Below are positions 1 through 8,801 of a stretch of DNA of 21,209 nucleotides, piece after piece (position 1 is the stretch's first letter; each line of letters begins with the position of its first letter). A program made the translations under genes and the position numbers. Origin of the DNA: Hormoscilla sp. (GTDB lineage: Bacteria; Cyanobacteriota; Cyanobacteriia; Cyanobacteriales; Desertifilaceae); NCBI GenBank assembly GCA_051439505.1, contig JBFRWI010000186.1, positions 1-21,209 of the forward strand, in the 5' to 3' direction. The notes beneath the pieces are model-generated. The model saw only the letters and a program-made list of their open reading frames with translations. It was not told where the DNA came from and ran no database searches.

Positions 1-94
1 CAGTAAAAGTCAAGCCCCAAGCTTTTCTTGAGTCTCGAAACCATTGCACCATAAGGCTTTCAAGATTGTCAAGAATTATGTGAGTAATGGTAAG

Positions 95-154
95 CCTTAA
101 GAAGGGGGGCAACCGGTGCGCCCCCCCTTTTGCAAGGGGGGTTTGGGGGGGATC
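95..154. repeat. Cyanobacterial small dispersed GC-rich palindromic repeat (CCCCCCTT..AAGGGGGG..GGGGGGATC type), left end truncated
   Basis: Sequence ccttaagaagggggg-caaccggtgcg-cccccccttttgcaaggggggtttgggggggatc, with nested C-run/G-run inverted repeats as seen in cyanobacterial intergenic repeats. Confidence 0.6.
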
Positions 155-182
155 GGTGCTGCAACTACTTATGACCACACCC

Positions 183-247
183 GGTAGTAAACGCTTTAGC
201 GTTTGCCGGTTCGCCGTTGGTAGTAAACGCTTTAGCGTTTGCCGGTT
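183..247. repeat. Two identical 29-bp direct repeats with internal hairpin (REP-like)
   Basis: GGTAGTAAACGCTTTAGCGTTTGCCGGTT at 183-211 and 219-247. Each has GTAG followed by the stem AAACGC-ttta-GCGTTT. Confidence 0.8.
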
Positions 248-273
248 GGGTTTCGTGCCTCAACCCAACCTAC
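244..273 (-). repeat. REP-like palindrome, GTAGGTTGGGTT family
   Basis: Minus strand reads GTAGGTTGGGTTGAGGCACGAAACCCAACC: a GTAG foot and GGTTGGGTT/AACCCAACC stem. A degenerate relative lies at ~12711-12743. Confidence 0.7.
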
Positions 274-352
274 GAAAACCGGTAGTTAGGGAAATATAAC
301 AACCGGTGGTGGGGCGATCGCATTTGACGATGGCCATTCAATCGGGCTTCAG

Positions 353-1048
353 TCAATTATTCTCTTCTAATTGAAATTGCCGTTGCAACTCTTCATATGT
401 TCCATACTGCCTTAGCAATTCCTCGACATATTTTTTCAGGTCGATGAATAGATTATTGCCTTCGTCATCATATTTGGCCACCCCCTTATCTATATAATAG
501 GTAATTGGCTCTCCAGCACGATCTCTAATGGTGATGACTTCTGCTAATTCTTTAGCTGGGTCATGTTCTGGTAGCAGGGTGACTAATACTTCCTTATTAC
601 CATTACTGTCGGTTAAGCAGTTACCGGGCATGCCATCAGCAACACATAAGATCGGATAATTGTGCAGGTAATCGGTGCCGATGTACCTTAATTTTCCTTC
701 TGTGTGATACTGTTGGAATCTAGCAGATACGTGCTTACAACGAGTTTGGGGGTCGTAGCCCGAAGGAACGAAATGTTCTGTTTGCCACAAAAACATCGGA
801 AAAGTTCCCCGTGAAGTCTTCGCCATTGTAGCTGGCTTCCCGTCCCTTTCTCCACAGATGAATTTGGTTTGGACGATGATTTGGGATGCAGTTTGTCTGA
901 GTGTGGGTTTGGGCGTCGGTGCGGGAGTTGGTGCGGGAGTCGGTGCGGGAGTCGGACTGGTGATGGTTTGGCTAGTTTCGGTCGTGGAACAGCTCACTAG
1001 GCCCGCGATCGCGCACACAAATACTAAAGCTAATGTTCTGGTTTGCAT
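353..1048 (-). CDS. COP23-domain lipoprotein with Pro/Thr-rich linker
   Basis: 231 aa. Hydrophobic leader with lipobox-like LVS-C, then (PTPA)n linker. COP23-type motifs FxC...GKPAT...W...F..SGYDPQTRC..VSARF...G.L.YI...YPILC...C...LVTL. Confidence 0.85.
   Translation of the reverse strand: MQTRTLALVFVCAIAGLVSCSTTETSQTITSPTPAPTPAPTPAPTPKPTLRQTASQIIVQTKFICGERDGKPATMAKTSRGTFPMFLWQTEHFVPSGYDPQTRCKHVSARFQQYHTEGKLRYIGTDYLHNYPILCVADGMPGNCLTDSNGNKEVLVTLLPEHDPAKELAEVITIRDRAGEPITYYIDKGVAKYDDEGNNLFIDLKKYVEELLRQYGTYEELQRQFQLEENN
910..955 (-). repeat. 12-bp coding tandem repeat encoding (PTPA)n
   Basis: GTCGGTGCGGGA / GTTGGTGCGGGA / GTCGGTGCGGGA on the + strand. Confidence 0.85.
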
Positions 1049-1114
1049 AATCGCACCTCTGCTGAAAGTTTATTTAAAATATTGTACTCCGTTCGCAGTG
1101 TACCGCTATCGCGT

Positions 1115-1212
1115 TAAGCTGTCGCGCATTTAAATTGCATGGGCCAAAAAGCTGAAACGATTGTCGATAATGGCTTTCCCCATTTTGAATTTTGAATTTT
1201 GAATTTTGAATT
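1115..1212 (+). repeat. Dispersed ~100-bp element (MITE-end-like head plus ATTTTGA heptamer tail), copy 1
   Basis: TAAGCTGTCGCGCATTTAAATT...GCTGAAAC...TTTCCC followed by (ATTTTGA)x4 at 1182-1209. An inverted homolog lies at 13472-13573. Confidence 0.8.
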
Positions 1213-1214
1213 GC

Positions 1215-2153
1215 TTAATGCCACTCTTCCCAAAATGTCCGCACCGCTATAGCCACCAGAATAGCAATTCCTACGATTACGGGCACTATTAAAATTCTGA
1301 GCAAAACATCAACCCACTCAGGTAGCTTTTTATCATTCTTTGGGTCATCTTGTGGGCGTGGATCCTCAGCTATGGGCTTTTGTAGGACTTCCGGGGCGGT
1401 TACCTTGAGCTTACTCAGCACGGAATACGAAGCCCGATCGCGAAAAGCTTCTATGGAAGTGCCCCTAAATGGTCCAAATAATCTATTTGCTACGAAAATA
1501 CCCACTAATTTGCCATTTTGGTAGAGGATCGGTCCCCCACTCATGCCTGGCTGAATTTGATTCTCGGGAAACTCCAGGGCTAAAGATGTACAGCTACTAT
1601 CTATATCTAGTATTGTTATATATTCCCAATCAATTATTTTTCCAGTTGTAAATTGCTCCCGCGTCCCATCCGCCCAACCAAATAGGTGGGCTCTAGTTCC
1701 CTGATTTGGCTTACTCTCACTTTTTAACTCGATCAGCTTACTCGGACTTTCTAACTCGATCGGGCTATAGGGTCGGTCGCTAGTAAACTGCAACACTGCT
1801 AAGTCTACACATTTCCCTCCGGACATTCTTTCGGCAGTGTTAAGGTTAACTGAGTAGCGTTCGCCATCATGAGTTTTTACTTCATATGTATTATCTTTAG
1901 GGATTACGTGGTCGGCAGTCAAGACATAATAAGTATACTTATCACCCCCGGTCTCTTCCCAACCAATAATTACTCCCGAACCTTCGGGAATCATTTCCTG
2001 AGGGCCGATCACTGTTTCTCTGAGAATTAGCACCGTACTCTCTTGGGCCTTCTTTTTGATATCCGTTATACTTTGCCCCGCTGCTGCTAGAGGCACAGTC
2101 AAGATTACTGTTACCACTAACAAGACTGCTTTCACCCTTAAGGATCTCTTCAT
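1215..2153 (-). CDS. Trypsin-like (S1) serine protease with signal peptide and C-terminal membrane anchor
   Basis: GSGVII, LTADHV (His), DLAVL (Asp), GMSGGP (Ser). Signal peptide ending near PLAAA. C-terminal hydrophobic helix VLLRILIVPVIVGIAILVAIAV. Confidence 0.9.
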   Translation of the reverse strand: MKRSLRVKAVLLVVTVILTVPLAAAGQSITDIKKKAQESTVLILRETVIGPQEMIPEGSGVIIGWEETGGDKYTYYVLTADHVIPKDNTYEVKTHDGERYSVNLNTAERMSGGKCVDLAVLQFTSDRPYSPIELESPSKLIELKSESKPNQGTRAHLFGWADGTREQFTTGKIIDWEYITILDIDSSCTSLALEFPENQIQPGMSGGPILYQNGKLVGIFVANRLFGPFRGTSIEAFRDRASYSVLSKLKVTAPEVLQKPIAEDPRPQDDPKNDKKLPEWVDVLLRILIVPVIVGIAILVAIAVRTFWEEWH

Positions 2154-2155
2154 TG

Positions 2156-3841
2156 CTAGCTACCACCATCTCTAATGTATCCCATACCTTTCAGTAAATT
2201 ATCCAATTGTAGGAAATAATCCTCGCGATCGGGTTCCTCGTAATATACTTCCACTACATTCCAACCCTGCTTTGCTTGACCTAGTAAATGCTTTTCTGCC
2301 AAATAAGCTGCCAATACCCCTTTTACTTCTTCACCCCGTTTGCGTCTCATTTGATAATCTTGCCACAGCTTGACCGTATGCTTGTATACTAGAGCCTTAT
2401 ATTTACTTTCCCGGCTGACATCCAGCATTTTTCCTTGACTGTATCGCCATATTTGCACTGGATAAACTGCATCCTTTTGATTAAATACTCCGGCAAAGTT
2501 TCTGTTCCAGCTTAACAACAATATGCCAGTTGAGTCCTTCTTAAGTTTATATCTGGGTCGCTTGTCTACAGAACCCCAATCATGGATCAGAGGCTTTCCT
2601 ACCTTGCCATCTGCACTATAGCTATATATTAAGGAATAGGCATAGGATATATTTTGTTCGGCAATTAAATCGACAATTACTTCCGATCGCCCATCCCCAT
2701 CTAAGTCTAGTACCTGCAAACCTAGGTCTCGGATCTGTTCTCCTGCATCTATGGGCAGTGAGTCATCCATTAATATCTGATTATTTTCACCTTGCAGCTT
2801 CAGCTTGATGTCTGTGAACTCATCGCCTTTTTTCTGGTAAGATAGCTTCGCTTTCAAATCCTTTGCTGCTGCTTCATTTGGTTCCATAAGCGCTGGTTTG
2901 ATGTCCATACCATTTAACACTATGGGTGGCGCTTGCTCTATAAAGGTGGCAATTGCTATTGCCCAGCTATATTTATTCAGTTGCTCTCGTGGTATCTTCA
3001 CTTCTGCACCATCCTTGTAGTAATAGGGAGCATCCCAGAGGGGCTGATGTTTACCATTAACTCCCACCAGTTCCCCTTGACCATTTAGCAGCGGTCCCCC
3101 ACTCATGCCTTTGTCAATGTTAATTCCATAAGCTACTTGATAGCCCATTTTCAGGGGTTTTTCCAGCACTAGCGTGATATCGCCATTGCGGAACACAAAT
3201 GGAGTTAAATATGGAAACCCTGCTGCAAATACTTGCTCTCCATCTTGCAAGTCGGATAAATTCAGGGTGACGACTTTATAGTCATGTGTGCTGCTAAACT
3301 GGAATAGGGCTAAATCGTCACCTGACTCTATCTCCTCACCTGACTTATCCCGATCGAACCGCTGCAATAGTTCAGCTTTGTGTGCTTTCCCATCGTTGGT
3401 CTCAATTGTATGTTCGTCACCCTCACCGATCACATGTCCATTGGTGAGAACTGTATACCACGAACCTTGCTTGCTGATTATGATTCCCGAACCCGAGGAT
3501 TTTCCCGATCGCACCTTGACAGTAATTTCTCTGGCCAGACTCTCCAACTGCCCTGAATGCTGAGATGCAGGCGATCGCGAATTCCGATATTTTTCTCTTG
3601 CTTTACTATTGATCCCAGTAATAAAATCAACCTTACATACTACAGTATTGCTACCATCTGCTTGAGCGATCGTGCAGGATCTATAGCCGATAAAACCTAT
3701 TGCTGCTAATACCATGCAAGTAAAGAAGCCGCCGCCAAAACCCGATCGCCAGCCCGACCACCATATTTGACCGGTGCTCTGCTGGTTGGGTTGTTGCGGT
3801 TGCTTCTTTTGCTTAATTCGATATGTTGTTCGGCGAGTCAT
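2156..3841 (-). CDS. Membrane-anchored trypsin-like serine protease fused to a C-terminal domain with a DLDGDG (FG-GAP/Ca-binding-like) motif
   Basis: N-terminal hydrophobic segment, GSGIII, LTNGHV, DDLALF, GMSGGP. About 240 aa of C-terminal region contain DLDGDGRSEV. The stop is 2 bp from the next start. Confidence 0.88.
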   Translation of the reverse strand: MTRRTTYRIKQKKQPQQPNQQSTGQIWWSGWRSGFGGGFFTCMVLAAIGFIGYRSCTIAQADGSNTVVCKVDFITGINSKAREKYRNSRSPASQHSGQLESLAREITVKVRSGKSSGSGIIISKQGSWYTVLTNGHVIGEGDEHTIETNDGKAHKAELLQRFDRDKSGEEIESGDDLALFQFSSTHDYKVVTLNLSDLQDGEQVFAAGFPYLTPFVFRNGDITLVLEKPLKMGYQVAYGINIDKGMSGGPLLNGQGELVGVNGKHQPLWDAPYYYKDGAEVKIPREQLNKYSWAIAIATFIEQAPPIVLNGMDIKPALMEPNEAAAKDLKAKLSYQKKGDEFTDIKLKLQGENNQILMDDSLPIDAGEQIRDLGLQVLDLDGDGRSEVIVDLIAEQNISYAYSLIYSYSADGKVGKPLIHDWGSVDKRPRYKLKKDSTGILLLSWNRNFAGVFNQKDAVYPVQIWRYSQGKMLDVSRESKYKALVYKHTVKLWQDYQMRRKRGEEVKGVLAAYLAEKHLLGQAKQGWNVVEVYYEEPDREDYFLQLDNLLKGMGYIRDGGS

Positions 3842-3883
3842 GTGGTTTGGTTAAAATCTTTTCCCTTTTGCGATACACCCTCA

Positions 3884-4480
3884 CTACTCCTGACCAAATA
3901 TCTGCTGTCGATCCTTCCAGTTTGGGGCTCGGGAAAGGAAAGGTTCCACTGCTATGTGGACGCGACCTTGCGCATCTAAGCTATAGGCTGCACGGATGGC
4001 ATGTTCCAGTGGGTTGCTACCACTATCGCGGACTCTTAATAGCTTGACCAGAATTGTATTAGGATTGTCATCTTTTCTCAGAGTCAATAGCAACTCTCCG
4101 GAGTCTTTATTGATGCATGGACCATCTTTCTGTTCCGCCACGCATATTATCGGGTAACCATCCTCTTCTCCCGTGGTTATATACGCCAGCTTTCCTTGTT
4201 GATTGTAATTCTCGAATCTCATGGATACTTCCTGACAGCGCCTTGAAGGAGTCCAGCCCGAAGAACTGAAATATTCTGTTTTCCAGCGGATCAGGGGAAT
4301 GTTTCCCCGCCTGGTCTTAGCTATTGTTGCTGGCACGCCATCAATATCTCTCCCACAGTAGTAGGAGGTGGAGGAGGGGGGTTGAGCCCTTAAATGCTGG
4401 TGAGGGCTGGCCACCACCCCTAGCCCGATCGCCGCGATCGCCCCTGCTATCATCATTCCCAGTGACTTAATTTTGTTCAT
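3884..4480 (-). CDS. Secreted COP23-domain protein
   Basis: Signal peptide, then YYC...GVPATIA...PLIRW...F..SGWTPSRRC.EVS.RF...GKLAYI...GYPIIC...GPC...LLLTL. Confidence 0.88.
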   Translation of the reverse strand: MNKIKSLGMMIAGAIAAIGLGVVASPHQHLRAQPPSSTSYYCGRDIDGVPATIAKTRRGNIPLIRWKTEYFSSSGWTPSRRCQEVSMRFENYNQQGKLAYITTGEEDGYPIICVAEQKDGPCINKDSGELLLTLRKDDNPNTILVKLLRVRDSGSNPLEHAIRAAYSLDAQGRVHIAVEPFLSRAPNWKDRQQIFGQE

Positions 4481-4567
4481 AATGTCACCCCTTTGAGATA
4501 ACCTTTACTTCATCGTACTACACTGATTGCCTAATCTGCTCTTTTGCTTTCAAATTTTACCAGTCAA

Positions 4568-4720
4568 CTATACTCTCAAGCTCTTCAAGGCTGGTGAGAG
4601 CTGGCCCCCAAGCCTTGGGCCCGCGATCGCCGCCCCGATGCTCGATGTTAGTGACTTGATTTTGCTCTTCATGCCACCCCCTTTATGATCTTTCAGATCG
4701 CCTTACCTCATCCTACTACA
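4568..4720 (-). pseudogene. Degenerate duplicate of the 5' end and leader of the COP23 gene at 3884-4480
   Basis: 4590-4720 aligns by eye with 4396-4522. The ATG at 4672 gives MKSKIKSL...GAAIA (compare MNKIKSL...AGAIA). The ASSHQ match to ASPHQ is in a different frame, and the frame stops at 4568-4570. Confidence 0.7.
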
Positions 4721-4792
4721 TCTATTAGTCTTTGTTCGCTATTTTATCTTATACAGAATATTTTCATCTCTGGTGGCCACTTTGACCTCAGC

Positions 4793-4944
4793 TACCAGTA
4801 GTTCCCGGGTCATCGGACCCCACAGGATGCTTTCCCCTCAGATGGACCGTGCCTTGCTGCTGGTGGGCGATGCCCACCCTACCGGTAGTTCCAGACTGGT
4901 CACCCTCCCCCCCAGGATGCTTTCTCCTCAGGTGGTACTGTGCC
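4793..4944. repeat. Imperfect ~60-bp direct repeat pair flanking a REP palindrome
   Basis: TACCAGTAGTTCC...CAGGATGCTTTCCCCTCAGATGGACCGTGCC (~4793-4852) versus TACCGGTAGTTCC...CAGGATGCTTTCTCCTCAGGTGGTACTGTGCC (~4880-4944). Confidence 0.7.
4862..4882 (-). repeat. REP-like palindrome GTAGGGTGGGCA-nn-GCCCACC, copy 1
   Basis: ggtgggcgatgcccaccctac on +. The same family occurs at 5293, 11452, 13619 and 20906. Confidence 0.85.
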
Positions 4945-5004
4945 ACCCTATAATAGATTTGGCGATCGCGCTATGCATCAGAGGCAAATGTTCGAGAGGT
5001 AAAA

Positions 5005-5223
5005 ATGACTAACGATAATCAAATCCCAGATGCTCAAACGAGAGCAAGAAATGTGGCCCGGTTGCGGGAAGTTTGCTTGAGGTTTGACGAACTGAATATG
5101 TTATTGGCACAAGCAAACGCTCTGGCTGAGATAGAATTGCAAAATAGTCCCCTTTATGTGAGGCGCAGGCAAAGAGTGCAGAAGCAGTTAGAGGATAATA
5201 AGGTAGTTCTGAATAACAGGTAG
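5005..5223 (+). CDS. Small hypothetical helical protein (72 aa)
   Basis: ATG preceded by GAGAGG. Protein-like amphipathic composition. Fills the gap between the two minus-strand clusters without overlap. Confidence 0.7.
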   Translation: MTNDNQIPDAQTRARNVARLREVCLRFDELNMLLAQANALAEIELQNSPLYVRRRQRVQKQLEDNKVVLNNR

Positions 5224-5292
5224 GATGGGTGCGACGGGTGCAAAGCCCGATCGATCGGTAGCTGCGACCTGTCCGAAATCAGGTGGACTGTT

Positions 5293-5313
5293 GGTGGGCG
5301 GTGCCCACCCTAC
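5293..5313 (-). repeat. REP-like palindrome, copy 2, overlapping the stop codon of the PsbP-like gene
   Basis: ggtgggcggtgcccaccctac. The TAG of its GTAG foot is the stop codon at 5310-5312. Confidence 0.85.
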
Positions 5314-6125
5314 TTGATTTCAAAAGAATCAATCATTGCCTCTACCTCTGTTAGATAATCTTCATATTCACTTGCCTCTGCCGTGTAGGTGATGATGTAT
5401 GCTGAGCGATCGCCCTTTAAGGCAAACAGCTGCATCATTTGCAAATTTTGGCCTTCATTTTCCCCCTCATAGACAATTTTATAGGCATCTGGTTTATTTC
5501 CCAACTCGGTCGCCCCTTGGGAGACCACCTGATAGTTAGAAAAGTCTTGTATTTCCCGCAGCGCTATATTTTTATATGCCTCCAGACTCATCTGTTCTGA
5601 GAATTCCTGAATCGTTATCGTCACTTCTGGGGCCAATTTATTTCCCTTGGCTGGCCCAACAAACCTGGCCACCTCCGTTTCTTTCAGGATGGAATTTTTT
5701 CTATTTATCTTTTCGGGGTTCCAGTCTTCAGGGTATTTTATTTTTAGCTGTTGCTCTGGTTCAGAATAAACCTCTAAAGCTATAATATCGTCTTCTTTCT
5801 TGGAAATTAGAGCTACCAAGGCCCAGATGGCAGCACCCAATGCGATCGCGACTCCCAGGGCGATTAAGATTTTCTGCCATTTATTCCCAGGATCTGTCGA
5901 TAAGATCGTTTTTCCTAAATTCTTGGTCGGCGATGACCCCGATGTTGTTGGTGTGGATACGATTGTTTTCGACACCAGCGATCGCTCCATGGCCTCTCGG
6001 GGCAGGCCGCAAATTACGCAATATCCTCCCGAGTTTTCTTCCGGTTCATGGGGTCCAGTGCCATTGTATGCCCGATCGTTATTTTTCGGCTCGCCATCGC
6101 AGATCCAATTTCCTTGTGGGATCAT
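5310..6125 (-). CDS. Single-pass membrane protein with N-terminal Cys/His (zinc-ribbon-like) segment and C-terminal PsbP/Mog1p-like domain
   Basis: WICDG...H...YCVICG. TM helix ILIALGVAIALGAAIWALVAL. PsbP-like motifs IKYPEDW, LGNKPDAYKIVY, AYIITYTA, MIDSFEI. GGAGG SD before the ATG. Confidence 0.82.
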   Translation of the reverse strand: MIPQGNWICDGEPKNNDRAYNGTGPHEPEENSGGYCVICGLPREAMERSLVSKTIVSTPTTSGSSPTKNLGKTILSTDPGNKWQKILIALGVAIALGAAIWALVALISKKEDDIIALEVYSEPEQQLKIKYPEDWNPEKINRKNSILKETEVARFVGPAKGNKLAPEVTITIQEFSEQMSLEAYKNIALREIQDFSNYQVVSQGATELGNKPDAYKIVYEGENEGQNLQMMQLFALKGDRSAYIITYTAEASEYEDYLTEVEAMIDSFEIK

Positions 6126-6197
6126 TTGCTATCACCTCCAGACTGCTGCTGATTATTTTACATGTAAGCAGTTAGTTGTTAGGATCATACTTACCAC

Positions 6198-6974
6198 TTA
6201 CAACTCATACTTATCCTCACAAGGGCCCCATAGCAGATCGGCACAGTTTGGCAAAGAGGATGGTGCAGACGCTGGCACCGGAGCTGGTAATAATCCCAGT
6301 ATATCCATATATCGCCAAATCGTAGCGATCGAAATCCCTTCCCGTTCACTTGTATTTTCTGCACGCAGACCTTTGTGAATTCCCACTAACCGACCCCCCT
6401 GGTCTAGAACTGGTCCGCCACTCATCCCGCCATAGGTTTCATTAGTATATGTCAAAAGATGATTCTCAAAATGACCTCTAACACTTCCTCTTGTAAAAAA
6501 CCGTCTCGCCTCTTCCCCCAAATTCCTCCACCCCATCACGTAAACGTAACTGTCTCTACTTATATTTCGATTGACCCCTATTTCTGCCACATCGTAACTG
6601 CGGTTGCTCGTGAACCTTAATATCGCTAAATCTAGCTCTGGTTCCTTACTGATTATTTCCACATTATAAGTTCTCCTCTCAGACCGCGTTCCGCCAGGGC
6701 CTCTAAGTTTATACGGTTCGATCGTGCGGACAACATGTGCATTTGTGAGCACATAATAGCTGTTGCCTTCCCTTTTAACAATAACTCCCGAACCACGATA
6801 TACAAATTGATTGGGTCGAGTCGGGCTAGCGCTGACAATTTGAACTGTTATTCTTTCAGCAATCTCTTCAATTGCCGATGTTTCCAGACGCCGTGCCACT
6901 ACCGCTTCTGCCTGCATAGTGACAATGGCGGTGGCGCTAACTAATAGAGATGGAATTCTGCCGCTTAACTTCAT
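6198..6974 (-). CDS. Secreted trypsin-like serine protease with C-terminal CX7C tag
   Basis: GSGVIV, LTNAHV, LDLAIL, GMSGGP. Ends LPNCADLLWGPCEDKYEL. ATG at 6974 is preferred over TTG at 6980 because of GGAG spacing. Confidence 0.9.
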   Translation of the reverse strand: MKLSGRIPSLLVSATAIVTMQAEAVVARRLETSAIEEIAERITVQIVSASPTRPNQFVYRGSGVIVKREGNSYYVLTNAHVVRTIEPYKLRGPGGTRSERRTYNVEIISKEPELDLAILRFTSNRSYDVAEIGVNRNISRDSYVYVMGWRNLGEEARRFFTRGSVRGHFENHLLTYTNETYGGMSGGPVLDQGGRLVGIHKGLRAENTSEREGISIATIWRYMDILGLLPAPVPASAPSSLPNCADLLWGPCEDKYEL

Positions 6975-6998
6975 ACTCAATACTCCGCTATCTATACT

Positions 6999-8756
6999 TT
7001 ATTGTGAACAAAGTCCCCAGAGTGTTTCGCTACAACTAGGAAGTTGTTGCTGGGGAGGGTTAGTCCAGGGTTTAGGCTGAGGAAGAATATTCCGGGGTTC
7101 CGAAGTTATACTCGCATCCGAGGAATCCTGCCTAGTTAACAAACTGTAAAACTCTGGTAAACTTACTTGCAAACTGTCGATCGCAATTCCTTCTTTTCCC
7201 CCTTCTTCACCTTTGTGAATAGCAACTAACATACCCTTTTCGTCAAGAACCGGTCCACCTTTCATTCCCCTGGTTTGATTGTTATATTCTACTATATAGT
7301 CTGTCGGCAAATTTCTCTGACTAATTATTTCTGCCTTTGTGAATAGAAATTCCCAGCTTTTCCCTTGACCCATCTTCCAACCGGCAATATAAACATTACT
7401 GTTTTCCTCTAAATCTCTAGCATCTCCCACCAGCGCCACTTCGTCGTTATGGTTGTTAGTGAACTGCAATAAAACTAAGCCTGTACCTGCCCTTCTGATG
7501 TGGTTCAGTTCATATCGCTGCTGGTTGTAACTTACAGAAAACCTGCTACCCTGATTCTCATAATAATAAGAAGGTATTACAGATTTATGAGTGAGGGCGT
7601 AGTAGGTTGTCCCTTGTTGAGCAACGAGGACTCCGGCACCCAAAGTAATGATTTTTTCTGGTGATGATTTGTCGCTGTAACTAACTAAGACTGTGATTTT
7701 CTCTGCCTTGTTTTTAATCTCGCTCTCCGGTAGTATGGGAGTAACGTTAGTTCGAGGATTTGCAGCCTGGGTCCGAGGCTTTAGCGATCCCTGATGATTA
7801 TCTGTTCTCCCCTCCGACGAGTTGTTTTGTACAGTCGCACCTCCGTTCGATCGAGATTGTTGTTCTGCCGGTGGAGGAGTCTGTCTAGTCCTATTCCTTG
7901 GGATGTTTGCCAGTTGTCCTTGATTTAATTCTAGTGAAAGGGGAGCCTGTTGTACAAAGGTCTCGATCGGGATAGCCCAGCTAGAACTGGTCATCACGCT
8001 TAAAGGTTGCTGAACCCTGGTATTATCATCTTGATAGCGATAGATGTCAGGATTCCTAAAAATCAGAGGATCGCCCTTACCGTTGACACCAATCACTTCG
8101 CCCTGTTCGTTCAGCAGCGGTCCCCCACTCATGCCCTGGGCGATATCAATATGGTATCCTATCTGATAGCCCTCTCGCATCGGTCTATCTAAGATCAGCG
8201 AAATTATGCCACCAGGCCACAGACATACCGCCTTGCTACCTATATTTGGTTGTGATAGAGCTGGATTTACTGGAAAGCCAGCCGCCAAGACTTTTTGTCC
8301 CCGTCTCAAACTCGCGTTCGGTGCTAAAATTGCGCGATCGTATTCCTCGGGGCTAAGGAACTGCAATATAGCCAAATCATCACCCCTTGAGTTACGATCG
8401 TCAAAGCGCTTTAATAAAATCGCTTGATAGGTTTTCCCATCAGGGGTCTGAATTTGATAACTGTTCCCGAGCAGCACGTGAGCATTCGTCAACACCGTGT
8501 AGCTTTTTGTGTTGCGCCTTTCTTGTCTTTGTACTATAATCCCTGACCCCCAAGAACCTCCTGCTAGGACTTTTACCGTGATTGCTCTAGCAATGTCACA
8601 GAGCTTTAACTCGGATTTTTCCGTGGCCGAATAAGTAGCAGGGGACTCGTTTTCCGAACCCCCTCGATCCAATGCGATCAAATCAGGGGACTGGGTTAGC
8701 AGCCCGATTAACAAACTACTAACACAGACACCCAAAGTAATTGAACGTTTATTCAT
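6999..8756 (-). CDS. Secreted two-domain trypsin-like protein (active domain plus pseudo-protease domain) with C-terminal CX7C tag
   Basis: Domain 1: LTNAHV / DDLAIL / GMSGGP. Domain 2: LTHKSV / GLVLL / GMKGGP. Ends LPSCSETLWGLCSQ. ATG at 8756 chosen; TTG at 8771 is the alternative. Confidence 0.88.
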   Translation of the reverse strand: MNKRSITLGVCVSSLLIGLLTQSPDLIALDRGGSENESPATYSATEKSELKLCDIARAITVKVLAGGSWGSGIIVQRQERRNTKSYTVLTNAHVLLGNSYQIQTPDGKTYQAILLKRFDDRNSRGDDLAILQFLSPEEYDRAILAPNASLRRGQKVLAAGFPVNPALSQPNIGSKAVCLWPGGIISLILDRPMREGYQIGYHIDIAQGMSGGPLLNEQGEVIGVNGKGDPLIFRNPDIYRYQDDNTRVQQPLSVMTSSSWAIPIETFVQQAPLSLELNQGQLANIPRNRTRQTPPPAEQQSRSNGGATVQNNSSEGRTDNHQGSLKPRTQAANPRTNVTPILPESEIKNKAEKITVLVSYSDKSSPEKIITLGAGVLVAQQGTTYYALTHKSVIPSYYYENQGSRFSVSYNQQRYELNHIRRAGTGLVLLQFTNNHNDEVALVGDARDLEENSNVYIAGWKMGQGKSWEFLFTKAEIISQRNLPTDYIVEYNNQTRGMKGGPVLDEKGMLVAIHKGEEGGKEGIAIDSLQVSLPEFYSLLTRQDSSDASITSEPRNILPQPKPWTNPPQQQLPSCSETLWGLCSQ

Positions 8757-8801
8757 GTCAGATTTCGTCAAGACTTGCGCATGATTGCTGACATTATACA
8801 G

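Noticed and set aside
183..247. Mini CRISPR from two 29-bp repeats
   Set aside because: Only two copies separated by 7 bp. They are GTAG-hairpin REP-like repeats.
87..299. 70-aa + strand ORF
   Set aside because: It consists almost entirely of read-through of palindromic repeats.
4773..5012. 79-aa + strand ORF with repeated RMLSPQ
   Set aside because: It is a translation of the imperfect direct repeats and REP element, with a GTG start and no protein-like features.
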